Part shown: in pieces, positions 1 through 9,143 of the stretch
Layout: each line of letters opens with the position of its first letter
Numbering within the stretch: the first letter of the stretch is position 1
Source: Candidatus Nitrospinota bacterium M3_3B_026
GTDB taxonomy: Bacteria > Nitrospinota_A > UBA7883 > JBPRGF01
Assembly (NCBI GenBank): GCA_051418015.1
Contig: JBPRGF010000017.1
Location: 288,001-352,000 of the forward strand
DNA length: 64,000 nt
Direction: 5' to 3'
Translations under genes and position numbers: made by a program
The notes under the pieces: generated by a model
Database searches by the model: none
What the model was told of the DNA's origin: nothing
The model's input: the letters and a program-made list of their open reading frames with translations, nothing else

Positions 1-541
1 TCTTTTCGGACCTGATTTTTCCCAGGGAGCAGGTATAGGAGGCCGATTTCAGCTTTTTCCCCTCCAGCTCCGGCGCGGCGCTTTTGTCCTTGTACTCGAC
101 GGAGACGGGGACGGTGACGGTGAGAGCTTTTTCGTAATCGGCGTTGACAGGGTCGTCGCCCACGGGTTTTATCCAGCTCGCCTCGCCGACGGAGACGCTG
201 GCCGACGCGGGGAAAAAGTGTTTCTCCGCCCATTGTATCCCCGGGGTGAAAACCGCGCGGGCGGCCTCGTACTCGGCCTTTCGCTGCTCGTAGTTTTGCC
301 GCAGCATCTCATCGACGTCCCCCACGTCCGTGTTCTCAAGATACCGGGCCTGCCGGGCGGTGACACGGTTGAGCTGGTAAACGGCGGCGAAGTCGTTCTT
401 CTGTATGGCCTCTATATATTCCGCCGTCGTCTTCTCCGGCTTGCCGGGGATCCTGTCGTGGCATGACGCCGACAGGACCGAGACCGCGGCCGCCACGGCC
501 AGCCAGCCCGCGCCCGGCCTACCAGACCACCTGGGGCTCAT
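1..541 (-). CDS. Hypothetical lipoprotein, 3' end beyond the window
   Basis: Manual translation MSPRWSGRPGAGWLAVAAAVSVLSASCHDRIPGKPEK..., with a hydrophobic stretch and lipobox-like LSASC; frame open to position 1; start overlaps the cytochrome b stop. Confidence 0.7.
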   Translation of the reverse strand, partial: MSPRWSGRPGAGWLAVAAAVSVLSASCHDRIPGKPEKTTAEYIEAIQKNDFAAVYQLNRVTARQARYLENTDVGDVDEMLRQNYEQRKAEYEAARAVFTPGIQWAEKHFFPASASVSVGEASWIKPVGDDPVNADYEKALTVTVPVSVEYKDKSAAPELEGKKLKSASYTCSLGKIRSEK

Positions 542-1673
542 ACCAGTGCCTTATCATCCAGCGGTTGTCCAGAAGGAGCGGGTTCCTCACGGTGTCCTTG
601 TACGTGACCGGTGGTATCCCCATCCTCTCTCCCATGGCCCTGTTGTGGCAGCTGTTGCATCCCATCCACGGCGACTCCACGCTGCCCCACACCAGGCCGC
701 CAAGGAGAGCCGCGAACACCAGCGTTCCCGCGCCGACATAAAGCCCTCCCATCCATCTTAACCTTTTTCCGGAGAGTTTTTCTCTTTCGGACTTCGGTTT
801 CCGCCTGTTTAAAAACGGCAGGGCCAGGAGGACCACGTAAAAGACCAGCGGAATCCAGAAAAGGTAAAAGGCCCATTCCCGCGGCGGGAAGTACCAAAAC
901 GGCAGCAGGAACGACACGAGATACCACTCCGGCGCCGGGATGTACTGTCCGTCCATCGGCAGGGGGATAATCTCCGGGTCCTCGGAGGGCACGGGGTATG
1001 TCACGCTCAGCGCCACGACGGCGATGAACAGGGGGATCGCCGCCACGGCCTGCCTGAGAAAGTAGTCCTTCAGCCCACGCTTTTTCAGCCTGGACAGGCA
1101 GTGTATCTCAAGCAGAACGAAGGTGGCCAGCGGCAGGATTATGTCGTGGATCACGAAGTTGCGGGTGGGCGTGTAGGAGGTCATGAAAAAGTCGTAAAGG
1201 TCCTCACCAACAAGGGGAAAGAGCCTCAGCCAGTTGTTGACCATCTCCATGATCCAGTAGCCCTTCCATTCCCAGGGCAGAATGGTACCGGTGATGGTGA
1301 AGGCCACCATCAGCATGAACAGGAAGACGCCGGTTATCCAGTTCCATTTCCGCCCACCCTGGTAGTCCCTGCGGACGTAACCGCGGTACATGTGGATGAA
1401 GGCGGCCAGGACGATGAAAAAAGCGCCGTATCGATGGACGTTCCTGGTGAAGGCGCCGAGCAGCGTTTCGTTGTTGAAGAACTGGACCGTCCGGTAGGTC
1501 TCTTTCAGGGCCGGCTCATAGTAGAAGATCATGTAAAGGCCGGTGACCGCCTGGACGATCACCAACAACAGCGCCGCTCCGCCGAAGTAATGGCGGAAGT
1601 TTATCTTCTTCGGCTTCGCGCGCTCGACGAGGCCCTTCTTTCCGGCCGCCGGGCTTTTCTCGGACACAGCCAC
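519..1673 (-). CDS. Cytochrome b (bc-complex type) with fused C-terminal c-type heme motif
   Basis: Four heme b His ligands (RNVHRYG...FIHMYR; FVIHDII...LEIHCL), WITGV, PEWY Qo motif, C-terminal CNSCH. Confidence 0.9.
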   Translation of the reverse strand: MAVSEKSPAAGKKGLVERAKPKKINFRHYFGGAALLLVIVQAVTGLYMIFYYEPALKETYRTVQFFNNETLLGAFTRNVHRYGAFFIVLAAFIHMYRGYVRRDYQGGRKWNWITGVFLFMLMVAFTITGTILPWEWKGYWIMEMVNNWLRLFPLVGEDLYDFFMTSYTPTRNFVIHDIILPLATFVLLEIHCLSRLKKRGLKDYFLRQAVAAIPLFIAVVALSVTYPVPSEDPEIIPLPMDGQYIPAPEWYLVSFLLPFWYFPPREWAFYLFWIPLVFYVVLLALPFLNRRKPKSEREKLSGKRLRWMGGLYVGAGTLVFAALLGGLVWGSVESPWMGCNSCHNRAMGERMGIPPVTYKDTVRNPLLLDNRWMIRHWYEPQVVW

Positions 1674-1856
1674 GGAAACTTCCCCTCTATGTTTACCTGG
1701 TGAAAACCAAGAGGCCCGTCCTCTTCGGGCCCGGGGACGCGATGGTGGGTCCCCTCCACGCCGCCAGGCTCCTTGTCATTTAAGATTCAGAAAAGATCGA
1801 AAGGATTTTTTCCCGCTCCCCGGAAAGGCGAGCCTCATCCTTGCGCCCGCCGCTCG

Positions 1857-1900
1857 AAAAAAAAGCGGAGCCCGGCCGCGCTTTCGGGGCCGGGCTCCGC
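1857..1900 (-). terminator. Rho-independent terminator ending the bd-like oxidase/cytochrome c operon
   Basis: 13-bp GC stem GCGGAGCCCGGCC/GGCCGGGCTCCGC followed by T8 on the minus strand. Confidence 0.85.
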
Positions 1901-1931
1901 CGAGGATCCTTTCGATACCTGTCAGAGAGCC

Positions 1932-2315
1932 CTATTTCTTCTTGGGCTCACACTTGCAAAGCTCGAACAGGTAGCTGACCATCTCCTTTATCTCGTCGTC
2001 GGTCATCACGCCGCCCCAGGGGGGCATCTGGGCGGACTTGCCCACGGCGGGCCCGCCGAGCTTGATCGCCTTGAACACCGTCTCCTCGGTCAACTCTCCC
2101 ATGTCCTTGGCGCTGGTGTGGTTCCTCGGCTGAACCGCCAGGTGAGGGGCGTTGATCCCCTTGCCTGTGCCCGCGCTGCCGTGGCACTGCCAGCAGAAGA
2201 GCTTGTAGTTGTCCGCCGCCGACTCCGCGTGGGCGGGGGAAGCAAGCCCCGCGATCAGAACGGCCCCGGCCGCTATTCCGGCCAGGAGAGCCGTGGATAT
2301 CCTCTTCCTAATCAT
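1932..2315 (-). CDS. Monoheme class I cytochrome c, secreted
   Basis: Start reassigned to ATG 2315 (AGGAGG RBS); signal peptide AHA-E; CWQCH; distal MPPW. Confidence 0.9.
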   Translation of the reverse strand: MIRKRISTALLAGIAAGAVLIAGLASPAHAESAADNYKLFCWQCHGSAGTGKGINAPHLAVQPRNHTSAKDMGELTEETVFKAIKLGGPAVGKSAQMPPWGGVMTDDEIKEMVSYLFELCKCEPKKK

Positions 2316-2329
2316 ATCTTCAACCCTCC

Positions 2330-3004
2330 TTATTTGAACGAGGCCAGGTAGTTGACCAGCAGCTGCAGCGTCTTCTCCTGCATGTTGGGATCGGACCCCA
2401 TCCATATCTTGGGGTCCCAATGCTGCGGATCTTTTATGAAGCTGTACATCCAATCCGGGTTCAGCCTCGCGCCGATGCCCTCGAAAGTGGGGCAGGAGAC
2501 GCCTCCGCCCCTCTTGGGCAGGGTGTGGCAGGCGGTGCAGGGCTGCTTTTTCATCATGGTGAGCCTTGCCCTGGCCTTGCTGAACTTGCCGAGCTTGGCC
2601 ACGCCCGTCTTCATGTCCGGGTCCTTGAGGGTCATCAGGTAGTCCGCCACCGCCTCGGCGTCGGCCTTGCCGAGCTTCGAGGCGCAAAGCGGCGGGTCGG
2701 TGACCTTGTCCTGGTCACCGTCGGTCTTCATGTGGTGGAGATAGACCGTCCCCGAGGGCCGGATTTTCGTCGGCTTCTGCAGGAACCCGACAAGCCAGTC
2801 CCTGTTGAACTTGCTTCCGGCGTAAAAAAGATCCGGCGCCTTCCTTTTCATGACCTCGGCTATGGTCTTGACCGCCGGGCCCTGCATCTTGTGACAGTCG
2901 CCGCACTTATTCTGCTCCACCAAGGCCTTGCCGTCCGCCGCCCAGGAGGCCGGCGCGGCCGCGGCCAGCGAAAGCAGGCCGATAAAGACAATCAGATTTC
3001 TCAT
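2330..3004 (-). CDS. Diheme cytochrome c, secreted
   Basis: Start ATG 3004 with GAAGGGG RBS; signal peptide SWA-A; CGDCH and CTACH. Confidence 0.9.
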   Translation of the reverse strand: MRNLIVFIGLLSLAAAAPASWAADGKALVEQNKCGDCHKMQGPAVKTIAEVMKRKAPDLFYAGSKFNRDWLVGFLQKPTKIRPSGTVYLHHMKTDGDQDKVTDPPLCASKLGKADAEAVADYLMTLKDPDMKTGVAKLGKFSKARARLTMMKKQPCTACHTLPKRGGGVSCPTFEGIGARLNPDWMYSFIKDPQHWDPKIWMGSDPNMQEKTLQLLVNYLASFK

Positions 3005-3050
3005 ATTCTTCCCCTTCACGAAAAACTTGTAACCAGTGTTCCGTTTAAGC

Positions 3051-4604
3051 TCAGCTCTTTCTCAGGTAGCCCGCGAACAGGAACTGCCCGCCGACCAATA
3101 ACACGAAAACCACCGCCGGGTAAAGCACGATCTCGCTGCCCGTCGTCGGCTTGAGAAGGAGCCACCACCAGGCGGTCAGCGTGTGCTTGGAGCCAGCCTC
3201 GCCGTTGGAGCCGTCCCAGTTGGCGAACGCCACCGGGACGTACTCCCCGGCCATGAACTGGGTGTCCTCACCGGGGGCTCCCCCGGCAAGCTTGCGCTTC
3301 ATCATCACCTTCCAGGTCCCCTCGTGATAAGAGGCCGAGGAGGCGTAGCCCAGGGAGTCCGCGTCACGCTTCTCCCTCGTCCCGGAGCCCGTGGCGGTGA
3401 ACGCCGCGGAGACGTCCCCCCCGTCCACGCTCCCGCTGTTCCAGTAGAGCATGGAGACGGAGTGGGTCTTGTCGCCGTGGCCGAAGTAGGGCTTCTCGGA
3501 CTTGTTCTCGAGGTCCACGGGGGTCTGAATCGCCACCGCGTCCGGCCCCATCTCGCCCCAGGCGATGGCCTCGGCGTCGCTGTCGCCGGGGACGCTCTTC
3601 GTCCTGTCGTCCCAGATCAGCAGAAAGGCCACCTCCTCCTCGTTGAACGCCGCCTTGACCTGTATGAGGTCGTTGGTGGGAGTGAAGAGCCTCTCATCCT
3701 CTATTATCTGCGGCGCCAGGTGGAAAGCCGTGCTCTGCGCGGCGTCCCAGGCGGGATCCTTCTCATCCTTGGGCAACTCGGGCATCTCTATGCCCCTAAC
3801 CACCGTCTCCCCTTCCTTGACCTGCCGTGTCTCGTCGGCCAGGCTCATGACGTAGTTGGCCACGTGCCACCTGTCCTCTTCGGACAGCTTGCCGTTGCCA
3901 GTCTTCTCGGCCTTGAAGGAGGGCATGGGGGTGTTCGGGATCCCGTTGGTCACGCGGGTGTAGATCGCCTCCGGCGTGTGCGGGCCCCGGAAGGTCCAGG
4001 CCTTGGCGAGGTTTCTCGGCCAGACCCTTATCCCGGAGTCCTCCTTGAGCTTCTTTATCATGTTGCCTTTGCCCTCGCGGCCGTGGCACTCCCAGCACTT
4101 GGCGGCGTCGAAGGCCTTCTTGCCCTTCTCGATGCTCTCGGGGGAGCTTTCGATCTTGCCGCTCAAGGATATCTCCGCCGGGTTGTCCGCCCCTTCGAAC
4201 ATATCCGTAAGGGCCTTGATGTAGGCCACGAGGTCCCACATCTCCTGCTCTTTCAACACACCCTCCCAGGCGGGCATCGCCGTGCCGGAAAGGCCCTTGG
4301 CGATGGCGTAGTAAAGATCCTCGTCCCTCGGCACGAAGGCGTCGGGAGGGCTGGTCTTGAACTTGTATATGCCAAAGGAGAAGTCCCTGGGTGGAGGGAT
4401 CATCCGCTCCGCCGCGGGGCCGTCGGCCTCCCCCTCCTTGCCGTGGCACCACCAGCATCTTTTGTCATAGATTTTCTTGCCGTTATCGGCGTTCCCCGGC
4501 TTGGCCTGGGCCGCGCCAGCCGCCATAAGCAAGACCCCCAGTATGAGCGGCAGAACGCCAGCTCCTCTGAAATTTCTCATACCATGTCGCATTTGAGTTC
4601 CCAT
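3051..4604 (-). CDS. Diheme cytochrome c fused to an ethylbenzene-dehydrogenase-gamma/NxrC-like heme b domain with C-terminal membrane anchor
   Basis: CWWCH and CWECH with MPAW/MPSF; C-terminal WDDRT...PDAVAIQ...KPYFGHG...VAFANWDGSNGEAGSKH pattern; terminal TM helix. Confidence 0.8.
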   Translation of the reverse strand: MGTQMRHGMRNFRGAGVLPLILGVLLMAAGAAQAKPGNADNGKKIYDKRCWWCHGKEGEADGPAAERMIPPPRDFSFGIYKFKTSPPDAFVPRDEDLYYAIAKGLSGTAMPAWEGVLKEQEMWDLVAYIKALTDMFEGADNPAEISLSGKIESSPESIEKGKKAFDAAKCWECHGREGKGNMIKKLKEDSGIRVWPRNLAKAWTFRGPHTPEAIYTRVTNGIPNTPMPSFKAEKTGNGKLSEEDRWHVANYVMSLADETRQVKEGETVVRGIEMPELPKDEKDPAWDAAQSTAFHLAPQIIEDERLFTPTNDLIQVKAAFNEEEVAFLLIWDDRTKSVPGDSDAEAIAWGEMGPDAVAIQTPVDLENKSEKPYFGHGDKTHSVSMLYWNSGSVDGGDVSAAFTATGSGTREKRDADSLGYASSASYHEGTWKVMMKRKLAGGAPGEDTQFMAGEYVPVAFANWDGSNGEAGSKHTLTAWWWLLLKPTTGSEIVLYPAVVFVLLVGGQFLFAGYLRKS

Positions 4605-5393
4605 TTAGTGACCTCCCCCTCCTTCCGCCGGCGCTTCCATGGCGCGTGGAGAGTGTCCCGTGTACCAGTAGAGAAACATGATGACCTTCCAGACCTCCTC
4701 CTCGCTGAGCATGTCTTTCCAGACCGGCATCGCGGACAGCCATGGCGTGCCCTCCGAAGGCAGACCGGGTCCGCCCGCGCCGACGCGCCAGAAAACGAAG
4801 GCCTCCGTCAACTGGGCTATCGTCCCCACGTCGACGAAGTTGGCCGGCCTGGGGTTGAAGGCGTCGGCGTAATGGCCCCTGCCCATCATCCTGTCGCCGT
4901 GGCAGTAGAAGCAGTTCTGGTAGTAGACGATACCCCCCTCCTCGATGTACTTGTCGAAGTTCTCCTTGTCCTCGCGCAGAGGATTGTTGAGTGCGAGGAG
5001 GTTGAAACTCTTGTCCCACATCTTTATCGAGGACGGCGGGGCGGGGTGCACCGAGCGCAGCTCCACCGGCGCCTCGAAGGTCGGCTTCACGTACTGGTAG
5101 GTGACATATGCCCCCAGAGCCCCAACCAGGGCTATGGACACGATCCTCAGGGGCAGCTTTTTGGGGTCGGCGTAGATGTCGGCTATGGGACCGATCACCC
5201 CGCTATAGCCCTCGGCGCTGAAGGTGTACACAAGCAGCCCCCCCACCACCACGAAGAACATGTACATCTTCATGACGCTGGTCGGTATCACGGGCCACGT
5301 GCCGTGATGCAGTTTGGAGCCCACGAAGGGTACCCCGAACTTCAATAGCAGGTACGCTATCGCTACGAATAGAACGAACTTGATTATTCTCAT
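4605..5393 (-). CDS. Membrane-bound monoheme cytochrome c
   Basis: Three N-terminal hydrophobic segments; CFYCH; SAMPVW. Confidence 0.88.
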   Translation of the reverse strand: MRIIKFVLFVAIAYLLLKFGVPFVGSKLHHGTWPVIPTSVMKMYMFFVVVGGLLVYTFSAEGYSGVIGPIADIYADPKKLPLRIVSIALVGALGAYVTYQYVKPTFEAPVELRSVHPAPPSSIKMWDKSFNLLALNNPLREDKENFDKYIEEGGIVYYQNCFYCHGDRMMGRGHYADAFNPRPANFVDVGTIAQLTEAFVFWRVGAGGPGLPSEGTPWLSAMPVWKDMLSEEEVWKVIMFLYWYTGHSPRAMEAPAEGGGGH

Positions 5394-5412
5394 CCTGGCT
5401 TCTCCCGGGCCT

Positions 5413-6270
5413 TTATTCGGTTTCCTCGCCGCCGCTCTCTCCCAGAAGAGCGTCGACTATCATGTTCAACTCGGCCACCATCATCTGGTCAGCGAAGTCA
5501 GGCGGCATCATGTCCGCGTCGAACCCTTCCGCGATGGCGGCGTTGGGGTTGACTATGGAGTCCATGACGAACTCCCTGGCGGACATGCCCTCAACCCGGT
5601 CCCCGGCGCTCTCCGCCATGGTCGTCAGGTCCGGCCCGAGGTCGCCCGCCTCCTCGACTCCTGGAACCTTGTGGCAGGTGACGCAACCGAACTTGTTGAA
5701 AGCCTCCTCGGCGCTGGCGGCCATCACGGGCGCGGCCTCCTCTTCCTCCTCGGCCGGAGCGGCGCCCTCGCCGGTCGGTATCTGTACCGTGACGTCGACC
5801 CCCGAGCTGGACTGCAGGTAGGCGATGACAGCCTTCATCTCCGCCTCGGAAAGGCCGATGGCCCCGCCGGAGACGTCCGGCATGGGGCTCACGGTGTCGT
5901 TGGTCCCGGGTTTGCCGAAACCGGCCACGACATAGGCCGAGGGATCAGTCATCGACTCGTAGATGTACTCCTCCACGTTCGCCGCCTTGCCCTCGTACCT
6001 CGGGTCTTCCAGCCTCTCCTTGGCATGGGGGCCGACCTGATCCAGTATCGGCGCCCTTCCGCCGACAGGGTTGTGGCACAGCGTGCAGGTACCCTTGCCG
6101 TTGAAAATCTTGTCGCCCAGGGCGATGAACTGGTCCATGGTTATCTCCCCGCTGATCTTCGCCTCCTCGGGAGGCGGCGCGGGCACGACCAGCGGGATGC
6201 CGTACGTGGCGTAGCCCACGAACCCCATGATCGCCGCCAAGCTGATTCCGACTATCTTCAGTAGTTCCAT
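5413..6270 (-). CDS. Membrane-anchored diheme cytochrome c
   Basis: N-terminal TM; CTLCH and CVTCH; SPMP and MMPP distal Met. Confidence 0.9.
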   Translation of the reverse strand: MELLKIVGISLAAIMGFVGYATYGIPLVVPAPPPEEAKISGEITMDQFIALGDKIFNGKGTCTLCHNPVGGRAPILDQVGPHAKERLEDPRYEGKAANVEEYIYESMTDPSAYVVAGFGKPGTNDTVSPMPDVSGGAIGLSEAEMKAVIAYLQSSSGVDVTVQIPTGEGAAPAEEEEEAAPVMAASAEEAFNKFGCVTCHKVPGVEEAGDLGPDLTTMAESAGDRVEGMSAREFVMDSIVNPNAAIAEGFDADMMPPDFADQMMVAELNMIVDALLGESGGEETE

Positions 6271-6340
6271 CTTCTTCCCCGCCTCTATAGCGCTACCATT
6301 TTGGTGAACATAGTTTTACGGTCCATTCCGCCGGTGGCCT

Positions 6341-8266
6341 TCAGCTTCCCGCCTCCGCGGCCAGTCCTCCTTCCGCCGCGGTCTTCTTCTCCTTCTTCTT
6401 GCTCGCCAGTATAGGCATCCAGAACATGAAGAAGACCAGCGCCATGAAGGTAATCACGCATACCGACACTATCAGCGACGCGTAAGGCAGCGTCGGGGTG
6501 AAGGCGTCGGCCGAGTTGTCCCGGAACACCGTGTACACGTGCCAGTGCTGCCTGATGGCCGAGCGGATGTAGCCCATCAGCCCCATCAGCCAGGTGAATC
6601 CCACCGCCAGGATGAAAAGGGCGTACTGCGAGCGCGTCGGCATGGAGCCCCAGCGGACCTCGGCCACGTCCTCCTTCTCCCTGAACATCAGGATGTCTAT
6701 CACCGTCCCCAGGATCAGCACGGTGGCGGTGGACGACACCTGCGGCACCGACAGTCCGATGCGAATACTGGCCGGCAGGTAGTAGCTGTACACGCCGAGG
6801 AACAGTATGTTCGCCCAGGCCGTGGCGTACAGGGCTATCTGTATCGTCGTTCCGTTCTTCGCCCAGAAAGAGTCGCCGGTGGCCCTTATGTTGCTCCGGC
6901 GGAATATCTGGAAGCTGAGGAAGGTCGCCAGTATCAGCGTGTTGACGGCGGTGTTCTTTGCCGCCATGACACCAAAATACCCCAGGACCGGGTGGTGCGC
7001 CCCGCCTATCTGTGAAAGCTCCTTGGAGGTCATTATCATCGTGTGGGGGGTGAACCAGGTCAAAAAGCCGAGGATTATCACCACGCCCAACGGCTGGATA
7101 AGGTAATAGTAACGCTTGGATCCCTCTGACCGGCCGAGGCTGCACCACAGGTAGTAGTTGGCCGAGAGGAATATCACGCCGATGAGCACCGCCTGCAGGA
7201 TGAACAGCCAGGCGAAGACCCCGCCCATTAGGGTGATGCCCATCTGCTGGGAATAGCCGTAGACCTCCTTGGTGAGCCAGTAGCCCGCGAAGGGCAGCGG
7301 CAGCAGGCCCGCCACGGCTATGATGAAGGAGGTGTAGCCCATCCAGTCGTAATGCGCCTTCTCCTCGGTTGTCTTCGCGGTGAGGAACTTGTATCCCGCG
7401 TAGGCCGCCGTGATCGAACCTCCGTAGGCGATGTTCGCTATGAAACGGTGTATGTTGATCGGGTTCCAAAGGTGGCCCCGTATGACCGCCCACATGTCTC
7501 CCAGGTAGACCCCGGCGCCGTCCACGCCGGATGGCGCCATCATGAAGGCGACCCAGGAGTTGGACAGGACCATTATCATCAGGCCGGAAAGGTTCAGGCC
7601 CAGCCCCAGGAGAAGATGCAACTTCTTCCTGGAGCCGTCGTCGTTCATGTTGTCCCACCCGTAATAGTAGGTGTAGACGAAAAAGCTCTCGGCGAAGAAC
7701 ATCAACGCGTAGAGGATCATGACCCCGCCGAATATGCCGGCCATGTAGTTCATGAAGTCGGGATAGAAGACCACCAGCATGAAGGCCAGCAGACCGCCGA
7801 AGCTCGCGGTCAGGGAAAACCCGGTCATCGACACCTTCATGAACTCGTGGCCCATGTTGTCGTACCGCTTATCCTTCGTCAGGTAGCCGACCAGCTCGAT
7901 CACCCAGACGAATATGGGGACGGCCAGAACGAACGCCGCGAAGAACAGGTGCAACTGCGCCACGATCCAGACGGCTATGCGGCTGTTGATTCCGGAAACG
8001 ACCGGGTAGTCCTTGAGTTCGAGTTTGGGCGCCGGCCCCGGCTTCCATAAGCCGTCCTCCCCGGCGGCGGCTTCCTCCCCCTCAGCCGCTTCGGCGGCGG
8101 CCCCCTCTGTCTCCTCGGCGAACGCGGACGATGTCATGAAACTGGTCTCGGAGCCCTGCCAAAGCCCAACGCCCGTGAGGAGCAAAGCCGCCAAAGCCAG
8201 CGCCGGAAGCCTGAAAGAGCCGAGGCCGAACGCCCGCCCTCGCGGTTTTCTGAATAAGCTGTTCAT
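6341..8266 (-). CDS. Cytochrome bd-like oxidase subunit (CydA-related, Nitrospira/Nitrospina type)
   Basis: AQLHLFFAAFVLAVP, FFAES, NSWVAFMMAP, NIHRFIAN and MGYIRSAIRQHWHV motifs; many TM helices; no cydB adjacent. Confidence 0.85.
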   Translation of the reverse strand: MNSLFRKPRGRAFGLGSFRLPALALAALLLTGVGLWQGSETSFMTSSAFAEETEGAAAEAAEGEEAAAGEDGLWKPGPAPKLELKDYPVVSGINSRIAVWIVAQLHLFFAAFVLAVPIFVWVIELVGYLTKDKRYDNMGHEFMKVSMTGFSLTASFGGLLAFMLVVFYPDFMNYMAGIFGGVMILYALMFFAESFFVYTYYYGWDNMNDDGSRKKLHLLLGLGLNLSGLMIMVLSNSWVAFMMAPSGVDGAGVYLGDMWAVIRGHLWNPINIHRFIANIAYGGSITAAYAGYKFLTAKTTEEKAHYDWMGYTSFIIAVAGLLPLPFAGYWLTKEVYGYSQQMGITLMGGVFAWLFILQAVLIGVIFLSANYYLWCSLGRSEGSKRYYYLIQPLGVVIILGFLTWFTPHTMIMTSKELSQIGGAHHPVLGYFGVMAAKNTAVNTLILATFLSFQIFRRSNIRATGDSFWAKNGTTIQIALYATAWANILFLGVYSYYLPASIRIGLSVPQVSSTATVLILGTVIDILMFREKEDVAEVRWGSMPTRSQYALFILAVGFTWLMGLMGYIRSAIRQHWHVYTVFRDNSADAFTPTLPYASLIVSVCVITFMALVFFMFWMPILASKKKEKKTAAEGGLAAEAGS

Positions 8267-8322
8267 TTCTTCCCTCTTTCCTGTTTAGAAAAAGCCTGTC
8301 TAAAACAGCCGGTTTCCCGGAG

Positions 8323-8442
8323 TTATTCGCCTGATGGAAAAAGCGGCAGACCCTGCCACGCCTGGAGCGAATAATCCAAAACGAAAAAGTAGACGGCTAG
8401 CACAAGGAAGGCGATGATGAATGTGACGAACCTGTTGTTCAA
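8323..8442 (-). CDS. 39-aa single-TM small protein upstream of the bd-like oxidase (not in ORF track)
   Basis: TTG start after AGAGGGGGAG; MNNRFVTFIIAFLVLAVYFFVLDYSLQAWQGLPLFPSGE*; stop 56 nt before the oxidase start. Confidence 0.7.
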   Translation of the reverse strand: MNNRFVTFIIAFLVLAVYFFVLDYSLQAWQGLPLFPSGE

Positions 8443-9143
8443 AGTCTCTCCCCCTCTATGAAAACCAGCTCAAGCGCCTTAAGCGGCGCCATCCCTTATC
8501 AGCAAAACAGCGCCCTGACGGCTACAATAGCTACCACAAAAACACCGTTAAAGCAAAGCGCGTTTCGTAATTTGGGGGGCTGTTGTTACAAGAAACATAC
8601 CTTTATTGGACTCCGACGTCCGATTTCGCCGGCGGCGCTTCACCTGAAAGACCGGACAAGGCGCGCTATTCATGGCTTATTAGCGTCTGCGGATGGCCTA
8701 GGGGGGGCGTGGAGACCGCCGGGGCGGGGCGCGCCGGGCCGGCGCTAAACCGGTTTTGTAAAACAAAATATCTTAACGCTTTGTTATATTTGTCATCCGT
8801 CGATTGAACTGTTTGATGACGGGACATCGAGAAGCCGCGTGCTTTCCCCAGGGCGCCCTGCGCCAAAAAACCGCGAAAAAAGGCGGCGTCCCGCCGGACA
8901 ACGGGGAAACCCCGTCCCCACCCCGGTGAGGGCTCGTATCTTGCTTCTCCAAGACTTTTCAGGACAAAATAAGGAAATACCATCGAAAGGGGGTGAGCCG
9001 TATGGGCAGGCTTTGAGTGGCCGCGAGGACGCGGAGTATCCGCGTCATGGGAAACGCGCCGCGGGAACGCGGAGCGCGCCGCCATGAGCGGCTGTTGTGT
9101 CTTTACCATGTGAGACTGGAATGACTATTTCGCAAAGAGGATT

